A stretch of DNA of 64,000 nucleotides. It comes from a virus. The position numbers and the translations under genes were made by a program. Positions 39,749 to 46,877 of the stretch are shown piece by piece. The stretch is taken from the UHGV virus genome UHGV-0211740, one strand, 5' to 3'. The notes beneath the pieces were generated by a model. That model was not told the DNA's origin, ran no database searches, and saw only the letters and a list, made by a program, of their open reading frames with translations. How positions within the stretch are numbered: the first letter of the stretch is position 1; the number at the start of each line of letters is the position of its first letter.

Positions 39749-40159
39749 ATGTCTAAAATGCTATATATCGTGCGTGGTCTACCAGGGTCTGGCAAATCAA
39801 CACTGGCAAATGCGTTATCTTTAGAAGGTCTGTATCCACATTTTGAGAACGACATGTTCTGGTACGACGATGATGGAAATTACAACTGGGATGCAAGTAA
39901 AGTGACACTTGCTGCAAAATGGTGCAAAGATAATATAGAAGATATGATGCGTATGGGGTACGACCGTGTCGTGGTAAGCAACACATTCACAAAAGAAAAG
40001 CATGTGCAAGAGTATATTGACATGGCGATCCGTAATGGGTATAATTACACAGTAATCGTGGTGGAGAATCGCCACGGTAACAAAAGTATCCACAATGTTC
40101 CAGAAAAGGTTGTGGATCGTATGGAACGTGAACTGAAAAACTGTATTAAACTTAAATGA
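39749..40159 (+). CDS. P-loop kinase, putative polynucleotide 5-prime kinase
   Basis: Start refined to the ATG after a GGAGGG RBS; Walker A VRGLPGSGKST like the T4 Pnk kinase domain. Confidence 0.55.
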   Translation: MSKMLYIVRGLPGSGKSTLANALSLEGLYPHFENDMFWYDDDGNYNWDASKVTLAAKWCKDNIEDMMRMGYDRVVVSNTFTKEKHVQEYIDMAIRNGYNYTVIVVENRHGNKSIHNVPEKVVDRMERELKNCIKLK

Positions 40160-40166
40160 GGATAGT

Positions 40167-40721
40167 ATGAAATATTTTATAACAAGTGACACACACTTTC
40201 TCCACCAGCGTGTTATGGAGTTCGATTCTTGTCAAAAGCACAGATCGCAGTATAACCACGATCTTGATAGCATGAATGCAGGGATCATAGACAAGTGGAA
40301 CTCAATTGTGTCACCATGGGACACTGTGTTCCACTTGGGAGACATTGCATGCACTAAGGATAAGAATATCAACAACTTACTGCCTGAAATTCTAAATATG
40401 CTGAACGGACATATTATTCTTGTTCGTGGTAACCATGACACAAGGACGACTGTCAGAATTATGAAAGAGTTCTGTCATGAGGTTGTAGATTATTACGAGC
40501 TTCGCCACAACAAGAATCTGATCTGTATGAGCCATTACCAGTTTGCAACGTGGAACAGAAAGCCCCACGGATCAGTTCAACTGTTTGGTCATGCTCACGG
40601 AACCACACAACAGTTATTTGGCAGGCAGTTGGATGTTGGTTGGGATGTATGGGGTAGACTGTTACCACTAGAAGAGGCATACAGCCTTGCAATGAGTTTT
40701 GATATTGACAGCAGGGAGTAA
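40167..40721 (+). CDS. calcineurin-like metallophosphoesterase
   Basis: Motifs SDTHF, LGDIA, RGNHD and GHAHG of the binuclear metallophosphoesterase fold. Confidence 0.7.
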   Translation: MKYFITSDTHFLHQRVMEFDSCQKHRSQYNHDLDSMNAGIIDKWNSIVSPWDTVFHLGDIACTKDKNINNLLPEILNMLNGHIILVRGNHDTRTTVRIMKEFCHEVVDYYELRHNKNLICMSHYQFATWNRKPHGSVQLFGHAHGTTQQLFGRQLDVGWDVWGRLLPLEEAYSLAMSFDIDSRE

Positions 40722-40768
40722 TCCCTGCTATATTAAAGAAAATAGCCACACAAGGAGAATCAGGAGAT

Positions 40769-41119
40769 ATGAAAGATGAGGATAAGCTGCCCTATCTTAA
40801 AGTCCCACTTGGGATACTTTCTCTGTCGAAAGTTTTGAATACTACAACTGGAGAGGTGGTTATTCTTGATCTGTATGACAAGGTAGTATACTGCTACCTG
40901 CACAACTGGTATAAGCTTGGAGGAAATTCACGATTCACACCGAGCACAAGGAAAATTGCAGCTGATACAGGGATTAAGAAAACAAAAGCAGCAGAATGCG
41001 TTAGAACTTTAGAGTGTGCGGGGATAGTTGAAACTTCCACACAAGGGAGAGGGAAAAGATGCACATTTTCTAAAGTTTTACCACCAGAAGAAGTGATTCG
41101 CATGTCAACAACTGGTTAG
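40769..41119 (+). CDS. hypothetical protein, possible winged-helix DNA-binding protein
   Basis: 116 aa; STRKIAADTGIKKTKAAECVRTLECAGIV resembles a wHTH; lies just upstream of the palindrome array. Confidence 0.35.
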   Translation: MKDEDKLPYLKVPLGILSLSKVLNTTTGEVVILDLYDKVVYCYLHNWYKLGGNSRFTPSTRKIAADTGIKKTKAAECVRTLECAGIVETSTQGRGKRCTFSKVLPPEEVIRMSTTG

Positions 41120-41195
41120 ACCAGTAAAAACTTAAATATTTGTATTATAAAGGTATGTATGTTTTATGTCCACACCAGCACAAAGATTACAAACT

Positions 41196-41274
41196 GTCCG
41201 TGAGACGGACACTACTGTCCGCCACGCGGACACATCTGCCCGTAATACGGACACTAACTGTCCGTGATACGGAC
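41196..41274. promoter_or_regulatory. array of four 15-bp palindromic operator-like sites
   Basis: GTCCGTGAGACGGAC, GTCCGCCACGCGGAC, GCCCGTAATACGGAC and GTCCGTGATACGGAC at 41196, 41217, 41238 and 41260; 21-22 bp periodicity. Confidence 0.55.
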
Positions 41275-41779
41275 ACATAAAGAATATAACTAAAATAACT
41301 AAAGAATAAAAATAAAAAGATCTAGTACTTATTGTACTAAAGTGCATATACTTAACTTATGTAGAATATACTAGATCTAAAGTACTATGTTTTAAATTTA
41401 TTACTTACTGGTATAGTGTCGGCCCTTCATTGGCACTCGCCTATGAGGGGCGAGATGCCGGGCCTCCATAGTGCACACAATAACAGGCGTGCATACGTGC
41501 ATGGCTGTTCACATGTGTGGGAGCGAAGCTATAGCGCAGGCCAAAGGCCGAGCACTAATGTGGACCGCCGACGAAAGCTTGCCAGCGCAGTAAGGAGTCG
41601 GTTGGGAGTCTCCCGCGCGAGTTTGTTTAAAGTTTATGTGTGGAAACTGGCAAGAAGGCCTCTAAATCGCTCTACAGCTGTGTGAACTACACTGGGTAAG
41701 GCAATCACACCAGTTTGATAGAAAAGCTCGTTACAAAGCGATACAGTGAGTTTTTCTATAACCTGAAGAGGAGTCAGCT

Positions 41780-42358
41780 ATGAGCTCACGCAAACATGAC
41801 CGAGAAAAGATTGCAAAACGTTATCAGGATGAAGAACAGATGGAGAAAACTTTCAAGTGGAGGCCAGGTTTCCAGCGCAATCATTCGGACGCTCGTGATC
41901 GTAAGCATCCAGATAAGTGGTTAACACCGCCAAACGATGACATGCAAGTCGGTGATGAGAAGGAGTTGTCACCGGGGAAAGATGGCAACTACATTCGCAC
42001 TAAGGAAGCTGGTCCAAAGGATGACAGCTATCTTGTAGATAAGGTTCTTGCTAGTATTGATGTAGATGTTGATACTGTACGAGACACTTTCCTTGGTTGG
42101 TATCGCACAGGGTTTTTCGACATCAAGGCTATTCGTCGTGTTTGCGATATTAAAAAGTCTGCCTACGATGACGACTCTCTACATCGCACTCTAAGACAAT
42201 ATTCAGAGAGATACGGTCATCCAGTTATCACTCTTGACGATATTAACGAAGTGATGTATCATGTAGAGGTTGTTGCAGGTAGGTTCGGTGATGCATATCT
42301 CGGTATTCTTTCTGCAAAGGATGAGGTAATGTTAAATAAAATTTACTATGAACGCTGA
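41780..42358 (+). CDS. hypothetical protein
   Basis: 192-aa ORF, first long plus-strand ORF after the control region. Confidence 0.5.
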   Translation: MSSRKHDREKIAKRYQDEEQMEKTFKWRPGFQRNHSDARDRKHPDKWLTPPNDDMQVGDEKELSPGKDGNYIRTKEAGPKDDSYLVDKVLASIDVDVDTVRDTFLGWYRTGFFDIKAIRRVCDIKKSAYDDDSLHRTLRQYSERYGHPVITLDDINEVMYHVEVVAGRFGDAYLGILSAKDEVMLNKIYYER

Positions 42359-42557
42359 GGAGCGCTTAATGAACAACCCGGTAGCAAAGAACTGCAATAA
42401 GTTCAACAAGCCTGCAATTCACACTGACAGGAAAAAGAGCTGGTCTCCGGATATTGACGAGGAGCTTGAGGATTACTTCGAAGGCTTGGCCCTTAATGCA
42501 GATGAGATTGCGATTAAAGAGTACGCAGACAGGAAGGATAAGGCCGGAATCTGTTGA
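42348..42557 (+). CDS. hypothetical protein
   Basis: 69-aa ORF overlapping upstream stop. Confidence 0.35.
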   Translation: MNAEERLMNNPVAKNCNKFNKPAIHTDRKKSWSPDIDEELEDYFEGLALNADEIAIKEYADRKDKAGIC

Positions 42558-42582
42558 CAAAAACAGTGTTACCTGATAAGAT
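42554..42582 (+). promoter_or_regulatory. sigma70 consensus-like promoter
   Basis: TTGACA, 17-bp spacer, TAAGAT; upstream of 42634. Confidence 0.45.
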
Positions 42583-42633
42583 CTGCAATATGATGTGATG
42601 CAATTTTAACTTACGAGGTCTACAGGTAATGCT

Positions 42634-42876
42634 ATGTTTAAGGTTAAGCTCGTTTTTCGTTCCATGAATGAGGATTATTTAGAAGATGAAGGTGAATTTC
42701 GTGCGCTAGATGATGCAATAGATTTTGCCAACGACTTAGCTTGTATGAATACTGGATACGGGTTATGTTGTTGGGATGGCGGTGTTCAGATCGGTGACAG
42801 CAAGATTTTCTACTTCTACCCTGAGCCAGATAACAAACAAATTAAGTATGTTTTATTTATTTGCGCTTTACAATGA
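42634..42876 (+). CDS. hypothetical protein
   Basis: 80-aa ORF. Confidence 0.45.
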   Translation: MFKVKLVFRSMNEDYLEDEGEFRALDDAIDFANDLACMNTGYGLCCWDGGVQIGDSKIFYFYPEPDNKQIKYVLFICALQ

Positions 42877-43164
42877 GGTTGTTTTCATGTATGATGATGA
42901 ATATCCAATTTAAAGACGAATTTGATGGCTTTATCTCCGGATGCTTTGAAACAGGATTCGGAGAAGGCTGAGTTCCCCCTAGAGGGCTTGATAGTGCACC
43001 ACACTTAAAATGGTAGGGGCAGCCAGCACATGACGATGTGACCCCAGCCAACCTGTAATAAGGTCGAGCCCAAGCGCGGTAATGGGTCTCTGGTAACCCA
43101 CTTGTTGGGTCTTGCTGGTCCAGGACGCTGGACAAGTCGCAGGGAACACCACCCTGCGGCGAAC

Positions 43165-43193
43165 TTGACAATTAGTATCTGCCGTGATAAAAT
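43165..43193 (+). promoter_or_regulatory. sigma70 consensus-like promoter
   Basis: TTGACA, 17-bp spacer, TAAAAT; upstream of 43222. Confidence 0.45.
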
Positions 43194-43221
43194 CCACCTA
43201 TCACGTGATAATGGAGGAAAC

Positions 43222-43563
43222 ATGGCGGATACAACTAAAAAGCGTCGCCGTAGAGGCAGACCTCTGAAAGAGGAGTCCAACGCCATTCAGCTAGAGAAGA
43301 ACATTCTTGATATGAAGGAATCTTTTATAGCGATGGTTCCAGAAGCTCATAAAGTTCTAAGAGAGCTGATGTTGGATCCGAAAACCAAACAAAATATTCG
43401 TCAAAGCATTGCAGAGTATGTCCTTGACAAGGCAGACAGAATGCAGGAAGAATATGATGAGATGTTTGGTGAAGAGGAAGAAGAGGTGGTAGTAGAAGAG
43501 GCTGAAAAACCAGCACCTTTTATGCCGTTTACCACCGAAATACAGCCTGTTAGTAACAGTTAA
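43222..43563 (+). CDS. small DNA-binding protein with AT-hook-like motif
   Basis: Start refined to MADTTKK after a GGAGG RBS; KRRRRGRPLK AT-hook-like segment and acidic C-terminus. Confidence 0.45.
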   Translation: MADTTKKRRRRGRPLKEESNAIQLEKNILDMKESFIAMVPEAHKVLRELMLDPKTKQNIRQSIAEYVLDKADRMQEEYDEMFGEEEEEVVVEEAEKPAPFMPFTTEIQPVSNS

Positions 43564-43572
43564 AATATTTTC

Positions 43573-43601
43573 TTGACAAACTTTGCTTAACAGTGTAATA
43601 T
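43573..43601 (+). promoter_or_regulatory. sigma70 consensus promoter for the tRNA cluster
   Basis: TTGACA at 43573, 17-bp spacer, TAATAT at 43596. Confidence 0.5.
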
Positions 43602-43659
43602 TATAAATATGGTCTCCCACCTTTTCTGGCGGCTCAGGTGTAAAAGAAAGCCACCCAGT

Positions 43660-43734
43660 GCCCTGTTAGCTTAGTGGATAAAGCAGCGGCCTTCTAAGCC
43701 GTTGACACTGGTTCGAGTCCAGTACGGGGTGCCA
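43660..43734 (+). tRNA. tRNA-Arg (anticodon TCT)
   Basis: 7-bp acceptor stem, T-arm CTGGTTCGAGTCCAG, anticodon loop CTTCTAA, 3-prime CCA encoded. Confidence 0.75.
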
Positions 43735-43738
43735 AATC

Positions 43739-43825
43739 GGGGAGTTATACCGTAGAGGTAGCGGTGTAGACTGTAAATCTATTGTCATTGCGACTCGGGT
43801 GGTTCGACTCCATCACTCCCCACCA
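43739..43825 (+). tRNA. tRNA-Tyr (anticodon GTA)
   Basis: Acceptor GGGGAGT/ACTCCCC, anticodon loop CTGTAAA, long variable arm, T-loop GGTTCGACTCC, CCA encoded. Confidence 0.75.
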
Positions 43826-43936
43826 AAATCCCATATTTGTGATAAATAATATAGATAATGACATTGATGTTTATCGTCGTTTATACTAGTCCCTAACTGT
43901 TCGAAAATCAGTGTCATTATCAGTGTTGTTTATAAA

Positions 43937-44026
43937 AGAGAGTAGGGAGCATGGTGCTCAAGCGGTCTTGAAAACCGTCCCGTTGAGATATCCTCGATGA
44001 TGGTTCGATTCCATTACTCTCTGCCA
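43937..44026 (+). tRNA. tRNA-Ser (anticodon TGA)
   Basis: Perfect 7-bp acceptor AGAGAGT/ACTCTCT, anticodon loop CTTGAAA, long variable arm, T-loop TTCGATT, CCA encoded. Confidence 0.75.
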
Positions 44027-44124
44027 GATCGTGGATCATGAAATTAAGCGAGCGCCGGAAGCAGAACCGGATTAACAAATGTTACAGTCGTCATCGCCGA
44101 CTAGCAGCATGATCCACATAATAT

Positions 44125-44221
44125 GCTAGGTAAGCCCTTTGGCAAGGGCGAGGATTTTTAATCCTGAAAATAGACGAAGCAGTCGTTGAATACATAGGTG
44201 GTTCGATTCCATCGCCTAGCA
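44125..44221 (+). tRNA. atypical 97-nt tRNA-like gene (possible pseudo-tRNA or non-canonical tRNA)
   Basis: Perfect acceptor stem GCTAGGT/GCCTAGC and canonical T-arm GGTGGTTCGATTCCATC, but no clean 5-bp anticodon stem with 7-nt loop (closest is AGGA/TCCT with loop TTTTTAA) plus about 30 nt of extra internal sequence; no encoded CCA. Confidence 0.35.
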
Positions 44222-44228
44222 CCTTTTT

Positions 44229-44304
44229 GCTGATGTAGCACAATTGGTAGTGCAATTGATTTGTAATCAATAGGTTGCAGGTTCAAGTCCTGCCATCAGC
44301 ACCA
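44229..44304 (+). tRNA. tRNA-Thr (anticodon TGT)
   Basis: Acceptor GCTGATG/CATCAGC, anticodon stem-loop ATTGA-TTTGTAA-TCAAT, T-loop GGTTCAAGTCC, CCA encoded. Confidence 0.8.
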
Positions 44305-44305
44305 T

Positions 44306-44380
44306 GTCCCTGTAGCTGGAAGGTTCAAGCAAGCGACTCATAATCGCCAGACGGTGGTTCAATTCCACCCAGGGCCACCA
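44306..44380 (+). tRNA. tRNA-Met or Ile2 (anticodon CAT)
   Basis: Acceptor GTCCCTG/CAGGGCC with one mismatch, anticodon loop CTCATAA, T-arm GGTGGTTCAATTCCACC, CCA encoded. Confidence 0.7.
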
Positions 44381-44391
44381 AATTATAAATA

Positions 44392-44468
44392 CTCCGCGTA
44401 GCTCAGCTTGGTAGAGCGCCTGATTTGGGATCAGGAGGTCGAGTGTTCGAATCACTCCGTGGAGACCA
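44392..44468 (+). tRNA. tRNA-Pro (anticodon TGG)
   Basis: C1-G72 acceptor CTCCGCG/CGTGGAG, D-arm AGCTCAGCTTGGTAGAGC, anticodon loop TTTGGGA, T-loop GTTCGAATC, CCA encoded. Confidence 0.8.
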
Positions 44469-44511
44469 ATTTCACTATACCTTAAACATATATACAAAAG
44501 GAATCCTAAAA

Positions 44512-44781
44512 ATGTATACACTTAAAATTGTAGAACGTGTAAATCCAACCCATACTGTAGATTTTCGTGACGATTTCAACCCTCTTGCTGTAAATCTTCG
44601 AGAGTCGTATCATGAACTAAGCTGCGATGCAGTAGTGGTCTTCTTTGAAGACAACTCTGAAGGGGCAGTAGCTTGTGTTGTCGATAGCGAGCAGAAGTTT
44701 TATATTTACAGAGATGTGGATGCTTACTTGATGAATGAGAATGCAGTTACTGTTAGAATCATCCACCGAGTGCCTCGATAA
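44512..44781 (+). CDS. hypothetical protein
   Basis: Start refined to the internal ATG (MYTLKIV) immediately after tRNA-Pro; 89 aa. Confidence 0.45.
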   Translation: MYTLKIVERVNPTHTVDFRDDFNPLAVNLRESYHELSCDAVVVFFEDNSEGAVACVVDSEQKFYIYRDVDAYLMNENAVTVRIIHRVPR

Positions 44782-44886
44782 GTATTAGTCTCCTTTTAGT
44801 TAGTTTAGATCTATTTAGGTTACTCAATTTTAACCCGCCCCGTTAGCTGTATGGCTGCGGGGTTTTTTCGTTTCTGGAGCCGTAAA

Positions 44887-45285
44887 ATGATTTCAGTTTT
44901 AACATGGCTGGGCAGGTATAAAGGGGTCATAAAAGGTTTAGTTTTTGCAGCAACTCTTGGTATAGCCTATCTTGGTGCCGTATATTGGTTTAATTCTAAG
45001 CTTGACACTGCTTACCAGGAGGGTGTGACAGCAACAGAGTTGAAGTGGGAACGGATCCTTGATCAGCAACAAAAGCAAGCTGACAGGATTAAAATGGGCC
45101 ATGCAGAGGAGGTTAAAAACCTTGAAAAATCCCTTTCTGACCTGCAGGATAAATTAAGTATAGCTGAGAAGGCAGGTAAAGAAAAGCAGATTATTTACCT
45201 CCAATCGCCTGAAGGTAAGAAGTCAACACTTCCTGATCAGCTTATAGAGATTTATAATGAGAGTATCAATCAGGAGGGTCGATGA
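44887..45285 (+). CDS. putative i-spanin (Rz-like)
   Basis: Start refined downstream of a terminator-like hairpin; N-terminal TM VIKGLVFAATLGIAYLGAVYWF followed by a coiled-coil periplasmic domain. Confidence 0.5.
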   Translation: MISVLTWLGRYKGVIKGLVFAATLGIAYLGAVYWFNSKLDTAYQEGVTATELKWERILDQQQKQADRIKMGHAEEVKNLEKSLSDLQDKLSIAEKAGKEKQIIYLQSPEGKKSTLPDQLIEIYNESINQEGR

Positions 45286-45569
45286 GAGTTGCTGCACTAC
45301 TTATTATGTGCTTGTTATTATGTGGGTGTACAACCAGCGTTGAGAGAGAATACAAGATTGACCCTCCGGATGTAGGGAGGTTGATTGTTAAACCACCAGA
45401 GGGTGCCATGAAACCACCTGCTAAAGCCGTGCCTTTGAAGAAGGGTGCCCCGGATGCGGTGAATTCTGGCATTATGAGGGATAATAACCTATCTTGCAGT
45501 AATGATAGAGCTAAATTAATCATTTTGCAAGACTATATTAGAACACTGTTTCCAAAGGAGAGAGGTTAA
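45282..45569 (+). CDS. putative o-spanin (Rz1-like lipoprotein)
   Basis: Lipobox LLLCGC near the N-terminus, proline-rich mature region, overlaps i-spanin stop. Confidence 0.55.
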   Translation: MRVAALLIMCLLLCGCTTSVEREYKIDPPDVGRLIVKPPEGAMKPPAKAVPLKKGAPDAVNSGIMRDNNLSCSNDRAKLIILQDYIRTLFPKERG

Positions 45570-45994
45570 TGTCTAAGATTTACGGACCGTGTTCTGAAAA
45601 GCAGAAGATGATCCTGGAAAATGATGCAGATATTTTGGTAATTGGCGGGGCTGCAGGATCTGGCAAGTCATTCCTCTTGCAGCTAATGCCGCTTAAAATT
45701 ATTGATGACCCGCACAGCTCTGTGGTTATGTTCCGAAGAACAACCCCACAGTTGGAAGGTGAGGGGGGACTATGGCCTAAAGCAGTAGCTATTTATAGTG
45801 ATCTGCCAGAAAACATTAAGCCAAAGTTTAGAGAGAAGGATCATAAGTTCATTTTTCCACGGTTTGATCCGAGCACTGGCAAGTGGGACAGGAGCAAAAA
45901 GGGAGCTGTTGTAAAATACTGCCACATGGAATATGTCCAAGATAAGCTTAACCATCAGGGTTTGGAATACACCATGGTTTGCTTCGATGAGGGT
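45569..45994 (+). CDS. terL: terminase large subunit, exon 1 (ATPase N-terminal part)
   Basis: Walker A GGAAGSGKS and Walker B MVCFDE; reading frame terminates at a TAA that begins the intron. Confidence 0.75.
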
Positions 45995-46877
45995 TAATTT
46001 GTAGCTCTCGTAAAACCTCCCTAATTGCGGGGAAATCTTTATTATTGACACCACCAATCTGTCATGGTAACATGATAGAGGCTTCGAAGAGAGATCGAAG
46101 GTATGGTAACAGTGTGTTAATTTAGATAATCCGCAGCGAAGCATCCGAGAGGATGAACGTTCAACGACTAGTCGAAAGACGTAGAATCAAGCGATTCGAA
46201 ACGGGAGGGTGCATGTGTAATACTAAAAAATGTATGGATTGCCAAAGAGTTCTACCTATTGATGATTTCTTTTTATCATCTAAGAGCAAGGATGGATACT
46301 CAGGTACATGCAAGGAATGCTATATGTACTACAGGAAGGGTGGATCTCGTAAAAACAAAAATATGGTTAAGAGAGATGACGCAGCATTGTTTATTCAAGA
46401 CTTGCTGAAGAAAGGTGAACTTTTTGAATGCAAATCTTGTCATAAAAGTATGCTCGCTGATAGTTTTTACACAAAACGTGACTATGGCAAAGTATATCTG
46501 GTTACGAACAGGTGTAAGATGTGTGAAAAGTTTTATCAGATTGAGAAGAAATTTCACATAACAAAAGATGAATACTATCGTCTACTCTCAGATCAAGATC
46601 ATAAGTGTGCCATTTGTAGAATATCTCTTGATGAGTATAGGACGCAAGGGTACAGAGATTTCTTTTGTGTTGATCATGACCATAAAACTGGTGCTGTAAG
46701 AGGGTTGCTTTGTGATAAATGCAACAGAGCTTTAGGCTTCTTCCAAGAAGATGAGGAAACTATTCTTAAAGCGGCAGAATATTTACACATTCATAAGATA
46801 TAGTCTGGTCTGCATGGAGACATGCAGCTGCCTGAAAATGGCGGGGCAAGACTAGCGACCTTGCCCGAACATAAACG
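45995..46877 (+). mobile_element. group I self-splicing intron carrying a homing endonuclease ORF (3-prime boundary approximate)
   Basis: Core elements in canonical order: P AATTGCGGGGAAA (~46030), Q AATCCGCAGC (46128), R GTTCAACGACTAGTC (46159), S AAGATATAGTCTGG (46795); internal guide GCTCTC pairs with exon end GAGGGT. Confidence 0.65.
46153..46803 (+). CDS. intron-encoded homing endonuclease, Endonuclease VII/HNH-like
   Basis: Cys-rich N-terminus and CVDHDHKTGAVRGLLCDKCN Endo VII core; ORF lies between intron R and S elements; true start may be an internal ATG. Confidence 0.65.
   Translation: MNVQRLVERRRIKRFETGGCMCNTKKCMDCQRVLPIDDFFLSSKSKDGYSGTCKECYMYYRKGGSRKNKNMVKRDDAALFIQDLLKKGELFECKSCHKSMLADSFYTKRDYGKVYLVTNRCKMCEKFYQIEKKFHITKDEYYRLLSDQDHKCAICRISLDEYRTQGYRDFFCVDHDHKTGAVRGLLCDKCNRALGFFQEDEETILKAAEYLHIHKI

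Noticed and set aside
41440-41480. Short match CCGGGCCTCCATAGTGCA resembling the RNase P RNA CR-I region
   Set aside because: Other universally conserved RNase P RNA regions (CR-II to CR-V, for example ACAGAA-CCGGCUUA) were not found nearby, so an RNase P RNA gene is not supported.
41416-41685. 89-aa plus-strand ORF in the GC-rich island
   Set aside because: Arg/Ser/Ala-rich low-complexity translation with no RBS context; GC content is anomalous for coding regions here. More likely a structured non-coding segment.
43005-43286. Minus-strand 93-aa ORF and overlapping 72- and 104-aa ORFs in the second GC-rich island
   Set aside because: Mutually overlapping, low-complexity, antisense to the surrounding plus-strand block and overlapping a consensus promoter; treated as non-coding.
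44851-44886. Upstream extension of the i-spanin ORF (MAAGFFRFWSRK)
   Set aside because: The extension overlaps a terminator-like hairpin (CCCGC..GCGGG plus T-run); the internal start at 44887 preceding the TM segment is more plausible.
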